64,000 nucleotides of DNA from Chloroflexota bacterium (GTDB taxonomy: Bacteria; Chloroflexota; Dehalococcoidia; DSGV01): contig JAJYLG010000004.1 of the NCBI GenBank assembly GCA_021787985.1, positions 22,869 through 86,868 of the forward strand. Direction: 5' to 3'. The notes under the pieces were generated by a model. The model was given only the letters and a program-made list of their open reading frames with translations, did not search any database and was not told the DNA's origin. The position numbers were made by a program, and so were the translations under genes. How positions within the stretch are numbered: position 1 is the first letter of the stretch; every line of letters begins with the position of its first letter. This document shows positions 55,806 to 64,000 of the stretch, one piece after another.

Positions 55806-57227
55806 TCATGCCCGAGTGCGTGGTCGAGTGGCGGGGGGTGATGCGGAGGCGCGGGCCCAGGCCGACCCCCGTGGCTCTCGCGCATGGGCGGGAGTGATGA
55901 CGGGGCTGCCCCTGCCCGCCGCCACTTGCGCGAGCACCAGCGCGCCCAGCGTCGCCGCCATCGAGAGCGCGAACAGATCCACATGCAGGTGCTGGTTGGG
56001 ATAGAGGGCCAGCCGCAGCACGGTCCAGGCGAACAGGAGGGAGACGCCCGCGGCGAGACGCTGGCGCCCCCGCATGACGGCGGTCACCGCCGCCGCGGCC
56101 GGCACCAGCAGCACCGTATCTTGCAGGTAGAGATGCGGGTCCGCCAGCACGGTTGCCAGCGTGAGCGCCAGCCACTGGACCGGGAACCGCCGAGTCCCCG
56201 GCCGCAGCTCACCCCGCCAGAGCAGCGCGGCCGCCGCGAGCGTGCCCAGAGGCAGCACGGCGGCAGCGAGCACGCGGTGGTGCAAGGAGTCGCCGCCGGA
56301 CGCGGCGAGGATGCCCATCCAATTGAACATCAGGTTTGACGCCACGCCGCCGTTGTTCCAGGTCGTGGAGTCCATGAGGTAGCCCGGGTAGGCGAGCGCC
56401 GCCGGGATGCCGACGATCGCGATCGAGATGCCCGCGGTAGCCAGCGCGAGCGGCACGAGCGTCGAGAAGACGCGGAAGCGCCGCTTCCACGCGAGGAAGA
56501 CGGCCACCGGCAAGAGCAGCTCCGGCTTGATCAGCAGCGGCGCGAGCGCGAAGCCGGCGAGCCGTTCGCGGCCCTGTCGCAGGAGCAGGTAGCCGGCGCC
56601 CCAGGCGGCTTGCAGGATCAGCGAGAACTGGCCAAGGCGCAGGCCGAAGGTGACCGGGTAGAGCGTCAGGTAGCCCACGAGCAATGCCGTCCGCCAGGGG
56701 CGGGGCAGCGGTGCGGCGATCCGCCACAGCAGCCAGCCATTGAGCGCGAGCAGCCCGAGGCTCAGGATTGTCCAGACCTGGTACGCCTGTTCCAACGAGA
56801 GCACGGTCAGCGGCGCGAAGGCCAGCGCGAAGAACGGTGGGTTGAAGTACGCCAGCACGCCGGTGCCACCGACCTGGTGGCCCGCCGCCGCGCGCTCGGC
56901 CGCGGCGATGGCGCTGATGTCGAAAATGCGGTGGCCAGAGCCTGAGATTATCAGCTTGGCGGCCGCGTAGAAGGCCGTGAAATCCTCGGCTATCCAGAAG
57001 GGCGTTCGCCGCCCGAGAAACGCCGCCGCCACCTCGATCCACGGGCCCGCGCCTGCCGCCACGAGCGCGAGGCACACGGCACCCGCTCGCCACGGGACGG
57101 GCACACGACTCCACAGTCCCCCTGCGCTGCGCAGCCATCCTGCTGGGGAGCGAGTCACCTGCCGGGGCGCTGTCGGGACGCGTTCAGATGGGCGCGGGTC
57201 CACCGTGGGGCGGTAGTTCCACAGCAT
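55806..57227 (-). CDS. GT87/DUF2029-family polytopic glycosyltransferase (polyprenol-phosphate-sugar dependent)
   Basis: Start MLWNYRPTV at 57227. 10+ TM segments. The LIKPELLLPVAVFL region is typical of DUF2029 mannosyltransferase-like proteins. Confidence 0.6.
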   Translation of the reverse strand: MLWNYRPTVDPRPSERVPTAPRQVTRSPAGWLRSAGGLWSRVPVPWRAGAVCLALVAAGAGPWIEVAAAFLGRRTPFWIAEDFTAFYAAAKLIISGSGHRIFDISAIAAAERAAAGHQVGGTGVLAYFNPPFFALAFAPLTVLSLEQAYQVWTILSLGLLALNGWLLWRIAAPLPRPWRTALLVGYLTLYPVTFGLRLGQFSLILQAAWGAGYLLLRQGRERLAGFALAPLLIKPELLLPVAVFLAWKRRFRVFSTLVPLALATAGISIAIVGIPAALAYPGYLMDSTTWNNGGVASNLMFNWMGILAASGGDSLHHRVLAAAVLPLGTLAAAALLWRGELRPGTRRFPVQWLALTLATVLADPHLYLQDTVLLVPAAAAVTAVMRGRQRLAAGVSLLFAWTVLRLALYPNQHLHVDLFALSMAATLGALVLAQVAAGRGSPVITPAHAREPRGSAWARASASPPATRPRTRA

Positions 57228-57571
57228 CAGTCCTCCTGCAGCATCGCGGTGGCCCGTGAGCTCGGGGTCGGCTGGATGGCGAGCGCCCTCGCTCGCCCAC
57301 GGGGGTGGACTGCCGTCCCTGAGCTCCGCCGGGTATCCGCATGCACCCTCGGCCCGGCCGCACGGCCGGCGAGGTCGTAGTTGCCATGCCCGCCCGTCTG
57401 TTACAACGCTCAAGTCTGGCACGGGCCGGGCGGGACAGTGTTAGGAGAATGCAAAGCCGGCGTTGTCGCATCGCCAAGGATCACTCAGGATCCGCGTCGC
57501 ACCGGGCGGCGAGGAAGCTGGACCTCCGTCCGCCGGGGATCGCCCGGATGTGGCGAGGTGGGGACCACGGG

Positions 57572-57670
57572 AAACGCGGAGGGCGCGGAGACGGCAGAGA
57601 ACGCGGAGGGGGATGGGACGGGGAACGAGGGCGGACGAACCGCGGAGGACGCGGAGGACGCGGAGGGGAA
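57572..57670. repeat. Purine-rich degenerate tandem repeat (ACGCGGAGG about 6 times) in the MMPL-GT87 intergenic region
   Basis: aacgcggagggcgcggagacggcagagaacgcggaggg...aaccgcggaggacgcggaggacgcggagggg. Confidence 0.7.
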
Positions 57671-57755
57671 GCGGGCGGGAGATGGCCGGTCGTCGCGAGC
57701 CGCCGCCGGCGCTGCCGGCGGCCCGGCATCGCGATGTGCGGGCGCCCGGGCCGTG

Positions 57756-59954
57756 TCAACGTTCGCCGGCGGCCTCAGGGCGGCGCGCCCTTGCTGCCTC
57801 GACGTGGATCGTGGGCAGCCAGCGCAGCCAGCGCGGCAGGAACCAGTTCACGTTTCCCAGTAGCGTCATGCTTGCCGGCACCAGCACCGTGCGGACGATC
57901 GTCGCGTCGAGGAAGACCGCGACGGCGAGCCCGAAGCCCAGTTGCTGAAAGATCACCAGGTGTCCGGCGGCGAAACCGCTGAAGACGGCGACCATGATCG
58001 TGGCCGCGCCGGTGATGATGCCAGCCGTCGAACGGATGCCGAACGCCACCGAGCGGCGGTTGTCGCGCGTCTCGTCGAAGTGCTCGCGGATGCGGGCCAG
58101 CAGGAAGACGTGGTAGTCCATCGAGAGCCCGAAGAGCACGGCGAAGAGGAAGAGTGGCACCCAGGCCTCGATGCGGTCCACCTGCTCGAAGCCGAACAGG
58201 CGATGCCCGACGCCGTGCTGGAAGACGAGCACCAGCAGCCCGTAGGCCGCAGCGACCGATAGCAGGTTCATCAGGATCGCCTTCAGCGGCACCACGATCG
58301 ATCGGAAGACGACCAGCAAGATGAGGAAGGTGGCGCCCAGGACGAAGGCGAAGACGATCGGCGTGTTGGTGTGGATCACGCCGACGAAGTCGACCACGCC
58401 GGCGGTGGCGCCGGTGACCAACGCCCGAGCGCCCGAGCCGTGGAACGCCGCCGGAATGTAGATGTCGCGCAGCCGCGTGAGGGCGGCGGTGGCGAGCCCT
58501 CCGGCCGCGTCGCCGGCGAGCGGCACGGAGATGAGCGCCAGCGTGCCAGAGGAGTTGGTGACGGTGGTCGCCGGGCCGAAGGCCGGATCCTGGCGGAGGG
58601 AGCTGACCAGTTTCCCGATCGCCTCCTGGACGGGGGGCGCATCGACGTTGGGCGCGTCGACGACGATCTGCGCCGGCGTCATCATCCCGGGGGTGAACTG
58701 GCGCTCGAGGATGTCGAACGCGCGGCGCGGATCACTTTGGCGGGGGAGGGTGCCGGCACCGGCACTGCCCAGGCGGATGGTGAAGTAGGGCGCCGCGGCG
58801 CCGAGCAGGATGACCAGGGAGATGATGACGCTCACCGCGGGGCGGCGCATCACCGCGCCCGTGACGGCGTTCCAGAACCTGCTCGCGCGCGGTCCGCGCT
58901 GCTCACGGTGGAGCAGTGGCACGCGCAGCGCGTTGATCCGGTCGCCGAGAAGGTGCAACGTGGCCGGCAGCAGCGTGAGCGCCGTCATGACCGCCGCGAC
59001 CACGGCGACGATCGCGCCCACGGCCATGCTGCGGAAGATCATGTCCGGTACGAAGAGCAGACCGGCCAGCGCGACGATGACGGTCAGCCCGGAGAAGAGC
59101 ACCGCGCGGCTGGCCGTGGCACCGGCGCGGGCGATCGCCTCGTCACGCCCGGCGCCGCCACGACGCTCTTCGCGGAAGCGCTCGACGATCAGCAGCGTGT
59201 AGTCGATCCCGACTGCCAGGCCCATCATCAGGATCATCTGCGTGACGAAGATCGACAGCCCAAGCACGCGGCCGATCACGGCCGTGGCGCCGATCGACAC
59301 GGCGATGCTCAGCAGCGAGACCACGATCGGCACCCCCGCCGCCACCGCCGCGCCGAAGACGACGAGCAGGACGACGAGCGCGACCGGGATGTCGATCAGC
59401 TCAACGCGCTTCAGGTCGTGCTCCGACACCTGGCGGAAGGACTGGGCCACGCTCGCGTCGCCGCCGGTGACCACGGTGTAGCTGTCGCGGCCATCCACGG
59501 AGTGGAGCAGGTTGAGCAGCGGACCGATCGCTTGGCTTCCGTCACCCGCAAGCGAAATGGCGACGATGGTCGTGTGCCGGTCGCCGGAGACCAGCAAGGG
59601 CTCTTGCGCCTGATACCAGGTAACTACCGACTGCACCCCTTGCAGTGCGCGGATGCGGCCGCCCAGATTCGAGACGAAGTCGCGGAATGCCGGGTCGCCG
59701 ACCGTAAGCGAGTGCGAGCGCACGACCACCAACTCCTGGGCGCCGCTCTCGTTGTGCAGGCGCTCGCGCAGTAGCTGGTCGGCCTGGCGGGACTCGGAGC
59801 TGGTGGTGAGGCCGGAGTCGGTGGTGAGGACAGCGCCGATGCCCGATCCCAGGAAGAGCCCCGCGCCGAGGAGGACGATCCAGAACGCGACCACAAGCCA
59901 CGGGCGCCCGGCGCTGAACCGCGCCAGTCCTTCGGTGGAGAGTGCGGCGCGCAT
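57756..59954 (-). CDS. MMPL-family RND-superfamily transporter
   Basis: Start MRAALSTEG at 59954. Two 6-TM bundles with large periplasmic loops. MMPL motifs (GIDYTLLIVERFREE; GLSMDYHVFLLARIRE). Confidence 0.85.
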   Translation of the reverse strand: MRAALSTEGLARFSAGRPWLVVAFWIVLLGAGLFLGSGIGAVLTTDSGLTTSSESRQADQLLRERLHNESGAQELVVVRSHSLTVGDPAFRDFVSNLGGRIRALQGVQSVVTWYQAQEPLLVSGDRHTTIVAISLAGDGSQAIGPLLNLLHSVDGRDSYTVVTGGDASVAQSFRQVSEHDLKRVELIDIPVALVVLLVVFGAAVAAGVPIVVSLLSIAVSIGATAVIGRVLGLSIFVTQMILMMGLAVGIDYTLLIVERFREERRGGAGRDEAIARAGATASRAVLFSGLTVIVALAGLLFVPDMIFRSMAVGAIVAVVAAVMTALTLLPATLHLLGDRINALRVPLLHREQRGPRASRFWNAVTGAVMRRPAVSVIISLVILLGAAAPYFTIRLGSAGAGTLPRQSDPRRAFDILERQFTPGMMTPAQIVVDAPNVDAPPVQEAIGKLVSSLRQDPAFGPATTVTNSSGTLALISVPLAGDAAGGLATAALTRLRDIYIPAAFHGSGARALVTGATAGVVDFVGVIHTNTPIVFAFVLGATFLILLVVFRSIVVPLKAILMNLLSVAAAYGLLVLVFQHGVGHRLFGFEQVDRIEAWVPLFLFAVLFGLSMDYHVFLLARIREHFDETRDNRRSVAFGIRSTAGIITGAATIMVAVFSGFAAGHLVIFQQLGFGLAVAVFLDATIVRTVLVPASMTLLGNVNWFLPRWLRWLPTIHVEAARARRPEAAGER

Positions 59955-60271
59955 CAGTAGCTCGCCACTGCGGCGGCCGCAGCGGCGCACGCCTCCGGGT
60001 GCTCCGGGGCTGGTTGCGTCATTCGCTTCCTTCCGGGGGCGCGACTCGGCCGGGCGGGGGCGTCGCGGCGTGCTGGCATGCGGCGCGGCCCATCGTGAAC
60101 GCCCCGCCTGCTCTACCGAGGAACGCCTCGGGGAAGGTGACGGGGTGGCGTTAGGCCGCGCGGGTTCGGCGGCTCATCGGCACAACACCGCCGGCGCGCC
60201 GCGCGGTATCGCGTACGCGCCAGCGATGGGTGAAACGCCTCGTCTAGCGGGCTGAGGCGGTCGGCAGGCCG

Positions 60272-60628
60272 CTACCAGCGCCCGCCGCGGCTCGAAGAAC
60301 GCTGTCCGAAGTCGCGCCCGCCGGGTCGCTGGGTGCCCTGGGTCTTGCGGAAGCAGTCCGAGCAGTAGACCGGGCGGTCGCCGCGGGGCTGGAAGGGGAC
60401 GCGCGCTTCCTTGCCGCACGAGGAGCAGGTGGCAGTGTACATCTCACGCTCGCCATAGCCCGCGCCCGCGCCGCCGTCGCGCTGGCCGCGGCGCTGCGAG
60501 CGGCAGGTCGGGCAACGCTTCGGGTCGTTGGTGTAGCCCTTCTCGGCGTGGTAGGTCTGGTCCTCGGCGGTGAAGACGAAGCTGGCGCCGCAGTCGACGC
60601 AGGTGAGTGTTCGATCGGTGAACGACAT
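60272..60628 (-). CDS. Zinc-ribbon domain protein (two CxxC...CxxC units)
   Basis: CVDCGASF...CPTC and CSSCGKEARVPF...CSDC. Gly/Arg-rich tail. Confidence 0.6.
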   Translation of the reverse strand: MSFTDRTLTCVDCGASFVFTAEDQTYHAEKGYTNDPKRCPTCRSQRRGQRDGGAGAGYGEREMYTATCSSCGKEARVPFQPRGDRPVYCSDCFRKTQGTQRPGGRDFGQRSSSRGGRW

Positions 60629-60804
60629 CGATGACCTCCGTAGGTGTGGGCAACGTCAGTCATCGAGCGCGGCTGCGGGCGGGTGGCCCGGCACCAGGTT
60701 CTCTGAGGACGTGGCTCCTGTCAGCAGTGTAGCACGGCCGGGGTAGCCCTGCTCGCCAAGGGGGTACGCGGTAAGAGAATACAATCGACCTGGCCACCCG
60801 TGCG

Positions 60805-62106
60805 GTGGCGGAGGTTGCGGTGCCGCGTGTGCTCCTGCTGATCCCCAGCGCCAGCTATCGAGCGGCTGACTTCCTCGACGCGGCGGCGCGCATCGGCGTC
60901 GAGGTCGTCGTCGGGTCGGACGGCCAGCAGGCGCTCGAGGCGCTCCATCCGGGTTGCGCGCTGCGCGTGGACCTGGCGCACCCCGAGCGCGGGACCGAGC
61001 AGGTGGTGCGCTTCGCCGGGTCGAACCCGCTGGCGGCGATCGTCGCGGTCGATGACGGTGGGGCGGTGGTCGCGGCGCTGGCGAGCCGGCAGCTCGGGTT
61101 GCCGCACCATCCGGTGCACGCCGTCCGTGCTACCCGGAATAAGTACCTGATGCGCGAGCGGATGGTGGAGTCGGACGTGCCCTCTCCCCACTTCCACCTG
61201 CTGCGGCTCGACGGCGACGCGCGACGCGCGGCCAGCGAGGTGCGCCTGCCCGCCGTGCTCAAGCCGCTCTCGCTCTCCGGTAGTCGCGGCGTTATCCGGG
61301 CCGACGACCCCGAGGGTTTCGCGGCGGCCTTCGAGCGCGTCCGACGGCTGCTCCGGGATCCGTCCGTCGCGGGAGAGTGCGGCGAGCCCCCGCGGGAGCT
61401 GCTGGTCGAGGACTACATTCCCGGGGACGAGGTGTCGCTGGAGGGGCTGCTGCTGGCCGGGCGGCTGACGACTCTGGCGCTGTTCGACAAGCCGGACCCG
61501 CTCGTCGGGCCGTTCTTCGAAGAAACCATCTACGTGACGCCCTCACGCTTGCCGCCCGCTCAGCAAGCGCTGGTCATCGACACGGCGGAGCGGGCCGCAC
61601 GGGCGCTCGGCCTGCGCGATGGCCCGGTCCACGCCGAGCTGCGCGTCAACGAGCGTGGCGCCTGGCCGGTGGACATCGCGGCGCGCTCGATCGGAGGGCT
61701 CTGCTCGCGGACGCTGAGCTTCGGCACGGGCCTGTCGCTCGAGGAGATCATCCTGCGCCACGCGGTCGGCGCGCCGATCACGTCGTTGAAGCGCGAATCG
61801 GCCGCGGCGGGCGTGATGATGATCCCGATTCCCGCTGCCGGGGTGCTGCGCGAGGTACGCGGTGTGGCAGAGGCGGAGGCCGTCCCGAGCGTGGTCGGCG
61901 TCACGATCTCGATCCGGCGCGGGCAGCCGGTGGTGCCGCTGCCGGAGGGCAGCGAGTATCTGGGCTTCATCCTCGCGCGCGGCACGACGCCCGCGGCCGT
62001 CGAGGCGGCGCTGCGGGCGGCTCACGCCCGCCTGCGGTTCGAGATCGAGGCGCCGCGTGAGGGAGCGCCGCTGGCGTTCATGCCTGGACGCCCCCGCTCG
62101 GACTGA
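60805..62106 (+). CDS. ATP-grasp domain protein (carboxylate-amine ligase type)
   Basis: Pre-ATP-grasp N-terminal region, then KYLMRERM...LPAVLKPLSLSGSRGV...LLVEDYIPGDEVSLEG...HAELRVNERG, typical of ATP-grasp folds. Confidence 0.7.
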   Translation: MAEVAVPRVLLLIPSASYRAADFLDAAARIGVEVVVGSDGQQALEALHPGCALRVDLAHPERGTEQVVRFAGSNPLAAIVAVDDGGAVVAALASRQLGLPHHPVHAVRATRNKYLMRERMVESDVPSPHFHLLRLDGDARRAASEVRLPAVLKPLSLSGSRGVIRADDPEGFAAAFERVRRLLRDPSVAGECGEPPRELLVEDYIPGDEVSLEGLLLAGRLTTLALFDKPDPLVGPFFEETIYVTPSRLPPAQQALVIDTAERAARALGLRDGPVHAELRVNERGAWPVDIAARSIGGLCSRTLSFGTGLSLEEIILRHAVGAPITSLKRESAAAGVMMIPIPAAGVLREVRGVAEAEAVPSVVGVTISIRRGQPVVPLPEGSEYLGFILARGTTPAAVEAALRAAHARLRFEIEAPREGAPLAFMPGRPRSD

Positions 62107-62188
62107 CCGGCCGAAATCCGCGGACGGCGCGGCCCTACACCGCCAGGGCCTTGTCGAGGGGAGCTAACTGCTCCCCGCTGGGCTCCGC

Positions 62189-63576
62189 TCAGCAGAACCA
62201 GGGCTCGCTGAGCCCCGGCGCCACCTCCCGCGGCTGAGGAAGAACCGCCATCAGCCCGTCGCCCGCTCCGAGGGCGCGCAGCGCCGCGCGCTTCACCTCG
62301 GCGAACGTCCGCGCCGGGTCGGGCATGGTGCCGTCCTCGCGGCGCCGTGCGCCCGCCTCGACGATGGCGGTGACCTCGGCTCGCAAGGGCCGGGTGCGCG
62401 GGTCGAGGTCGGGCCAGGTCCAGGTGAGGCCGGCGGGGTCAAAGGGGCCGAGGCGTCCCTCGGCCCGAAGCAGCGCGGCCAGCGGGGACCCGGGAGGCAC
62501 GAGCAGCCGCAGCGCGTACTGCACCGGCTGCACGTTGCGGACGAGCCCGTGCTGCTCGACAAACCGCAGAAGCTCGGCGAAGTCCTCCGCCGCGCTCCAC
62601 GGCGTGAACGGCACCCAGGTCGGACGCAGGGCCAACCCGGCTTGTCGCACGAGCACGACGGCCCGCTCCAGGTCGGCCCTCGTGTGTCCCTTGTCCAGCC
62701 GCTCGAGCACCGCGTCGTTGCACGACTCAAAGGCCGACGTGACGAACAGGCAACCGAGCTCGCGCAGGCGCGGCAGGGCGGCCGCGTGCTCGATCAGGTG
62801 CTCGACTTTGACCGTGACGTCGAACGTCACGCCTGGATGGTGAGCGTGGGCCGCTTCCAGGACGGCCAGCGAGTGCGGCACGGCGTTGAAGAAGTCGGCG
62901 TCGCCGAAGGTGATGTGGCGCGCGCCCATGCGCACGAGCTGGGCGATGTCGGCGAGCACGGTCTCCCGCTCCACCAGCCGCAGGCGGCCGCCGTAGACGG
63001 GCGTGAGGGGGCAGTGGCGGCAGCGGTGCGCGCAGCCCCGCGGGTCGCCTCGACGTACCCGGCCGGGACGGGCTCACCGCCGGATAGGAGGTGGGCGTAG
63101 CGCTGCAGCGGCGGGAGTCCCGCGCGGTCCGGCACCGGGTAACGCCGCCGGTCGAAGCGGGGCGTGGCGCCGACTCCCGCGGGCGGGCACGCCGGGTCGA
63201 ACCGGTCGGCGGCGAGCGCGTCGGCCAGGGCGACCAACCCCGCTTCGTACTCGCCGCCGACGATCGAGTCGGCCACGCCGTCGCCAACGAGCAGATCGTG
63301 CAGCGGCGCCGCGTAGAGGCCGTAGAAGCAGATGTGTGCGCGCGGCGCCAGCCTCCGGGCGCGGCGCGCCAGCTCGATGCCGAGCCGGGCGGCCGTGTGC
63401 ATCGGGACCGAGACGCCGAGCAGGTCCGCCTTGCCGAAGATTCCCGCGTCCAGCGGCTCGACGGAGAGGTCGAAGCAGCGCACCTCGTGCCCGGCGGCAC
63501 GGAGCGCCGCGGCGGGCGCGGCCAGCCCCAGCGGCTGGTGCCCGAGCTCGTACGTGGAGACCAGCAGGACACGCAT
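62189..63576 (-). pseudogene. B12-binding radical SAM protein interrupted by an apparent 1-nt frameshift in a C4 run (63036-63039). Either a pseudogene or a homopolymer sequencing error
   Basis: The N-terminal B12-binding domain (MRVLLVSTYELGHQPLGLAAPAAALRAAGHEV...) ends at ...GYVEATRG. Inserting one G (minus-strand sense) restores ...TRGGCAHRCRHCPLTPVYGGRLRLVERETVLADIAQLVRMGARHITFGD, i.e. the CxxxCxxC radical SAM motif, continuous with ORF 62189..62974. Confidence 0.6.
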
Positions 63577-63632
63577 GCACAGCCTCGCGCCGCTGGAGCC
63601 GCGCGGACGTCTCGGCCGCGCGGCCGCCGCGG

Positions 63633-63992
63633 CTACTTCTTCGACGGCTTGTAGTACGGGTTGCTCCCGGAGGCGTGGTCGGTAGTGTCGACTACCTCCG
63701 CGATCTCAGGCACCGCCTCTTTGACTGCGACCTCAATTCCCTGCTTGAGCGTCACCGAGGCCATGCCGCAGCCCTGGCAGCCGCCGCCCAGCTCGACGTA
63801 GGCGACCGTTCCCTTCACTTCCAGCAGGTTCACGTATCCGCCGTGGGCGGCGATGCTCGGGTTGATGGAGCGGTCGAACAGCTCCTGGACCCGCAGCGCC
63901 AACGGGTCACGCCAGAGCGGGTTTGGGTTCTCGAACTCGAGACCACTGATCTGCGGCCCCTTGTACTGGTAATGGATCCGCACTCCGTCCAT
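63633..63992 (-). CDS. NifU/Nfu-like Fe-S cluster assembly domain protein
   Basis: GGCQGCGMASVTLKQGIEVAVKEAVPEI matches the Nfu/NifU C-terminal domain CxxC motif. Confidence 0.7.
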   Translation of the reverse strand: MDGVRIHYQYKGPQISGLEFENPNPLWRDPLALRVQELFDRSINPSIAAHGGYVNLLEVKGTVAYVELGGGCQGCGMASVTLKQGIEVAVKEAVPEIAEVVDTTDHASGSNPYYKPSKK

Positions 63993-64000
63993 GTACGACG

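Noticed and set aside
62827-63576. C-terminal 90 aa of the 249-aa ORF (…AARTAAATAPSRPSTAAACGWW…)
   Set aside because: Out-of-frame read-through after the frameshift point. The true continuation is in the frame of ORF 62189..62974.
1-64000. tRNA, rRNA, CRISPR arrays, transposases and integrases
   Set aside because: None recognised by eye. No short direct-repeat/spacer architecture, no cloverleaf-like conserved tRNA motifs in the intergenic regions, and no transposase motifs.

Overview
This 64-kb window has very high GC (about 70-72%) and is densely packed with genes. It reads as chromosomal core from an Actinobacteria- or Chloroflexi-like organism. Most long ORFs in the six-frame track are antisense shadows of real genes, so gene calls were made from recognisable protein motifs. 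Housekeeping content includes coaBC-coaX, dnaA, recF, the thrB-ask pair, ilvE, and a gcvT-gcvH-gcvPA-gcvPB operon led by an MBL-fold hydrolase. There are lipid and CoA metabolism genes, a peptide-type ABC substrate-binding protein, a PAS-GGDEF-EAL protein, an MMPL transporter and a GT87-like glycosyltransferase. The most interesting features are these. (1) A NAD-type formate dehydrogenase operon whose catalytic Mo subunit carries an in-frame TGA (selenocysteine, CNRT-U-HAPSV) followed by a SECIS-like hairpin. The fdhA gene is split at its domain boundary and permuted around a fused NuoE/NuoF-like gene. (2) A single ORF fusing an AcuC-type deacetylase to an AcuA-type acetyltransferase, directly downstream of a CBS-domain AcuB. 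(3) Two unrelated surface proteins sharing a C-terminal AP-x-TG-x-GP motif followed by a TM helix and an Arg tail, which looks like a non-canonical sortase-type sorting signal. (4) A B12-binding radical SAM gene broken by a 1-nt frameshift in a C4 run, with an Nfu-like gene upstream and an ATP-grasp enzyme and zinc-ribbon protein adjacent. (5) A lower-GC two-gene island encoding secreted Cys-rich proteins. (6) recF uncoupled from dnaA/dnaN and translationally coupled to a PrsW-like membrane protease. (7) A small dispersed intergenic repeat family and several palindromes and purine-rich repeats. (8) A VapBC-like pair and an orphan MNT nucleotidyltransferase. No rRNA, tRNA, CRISPR array or transposase was recognised.
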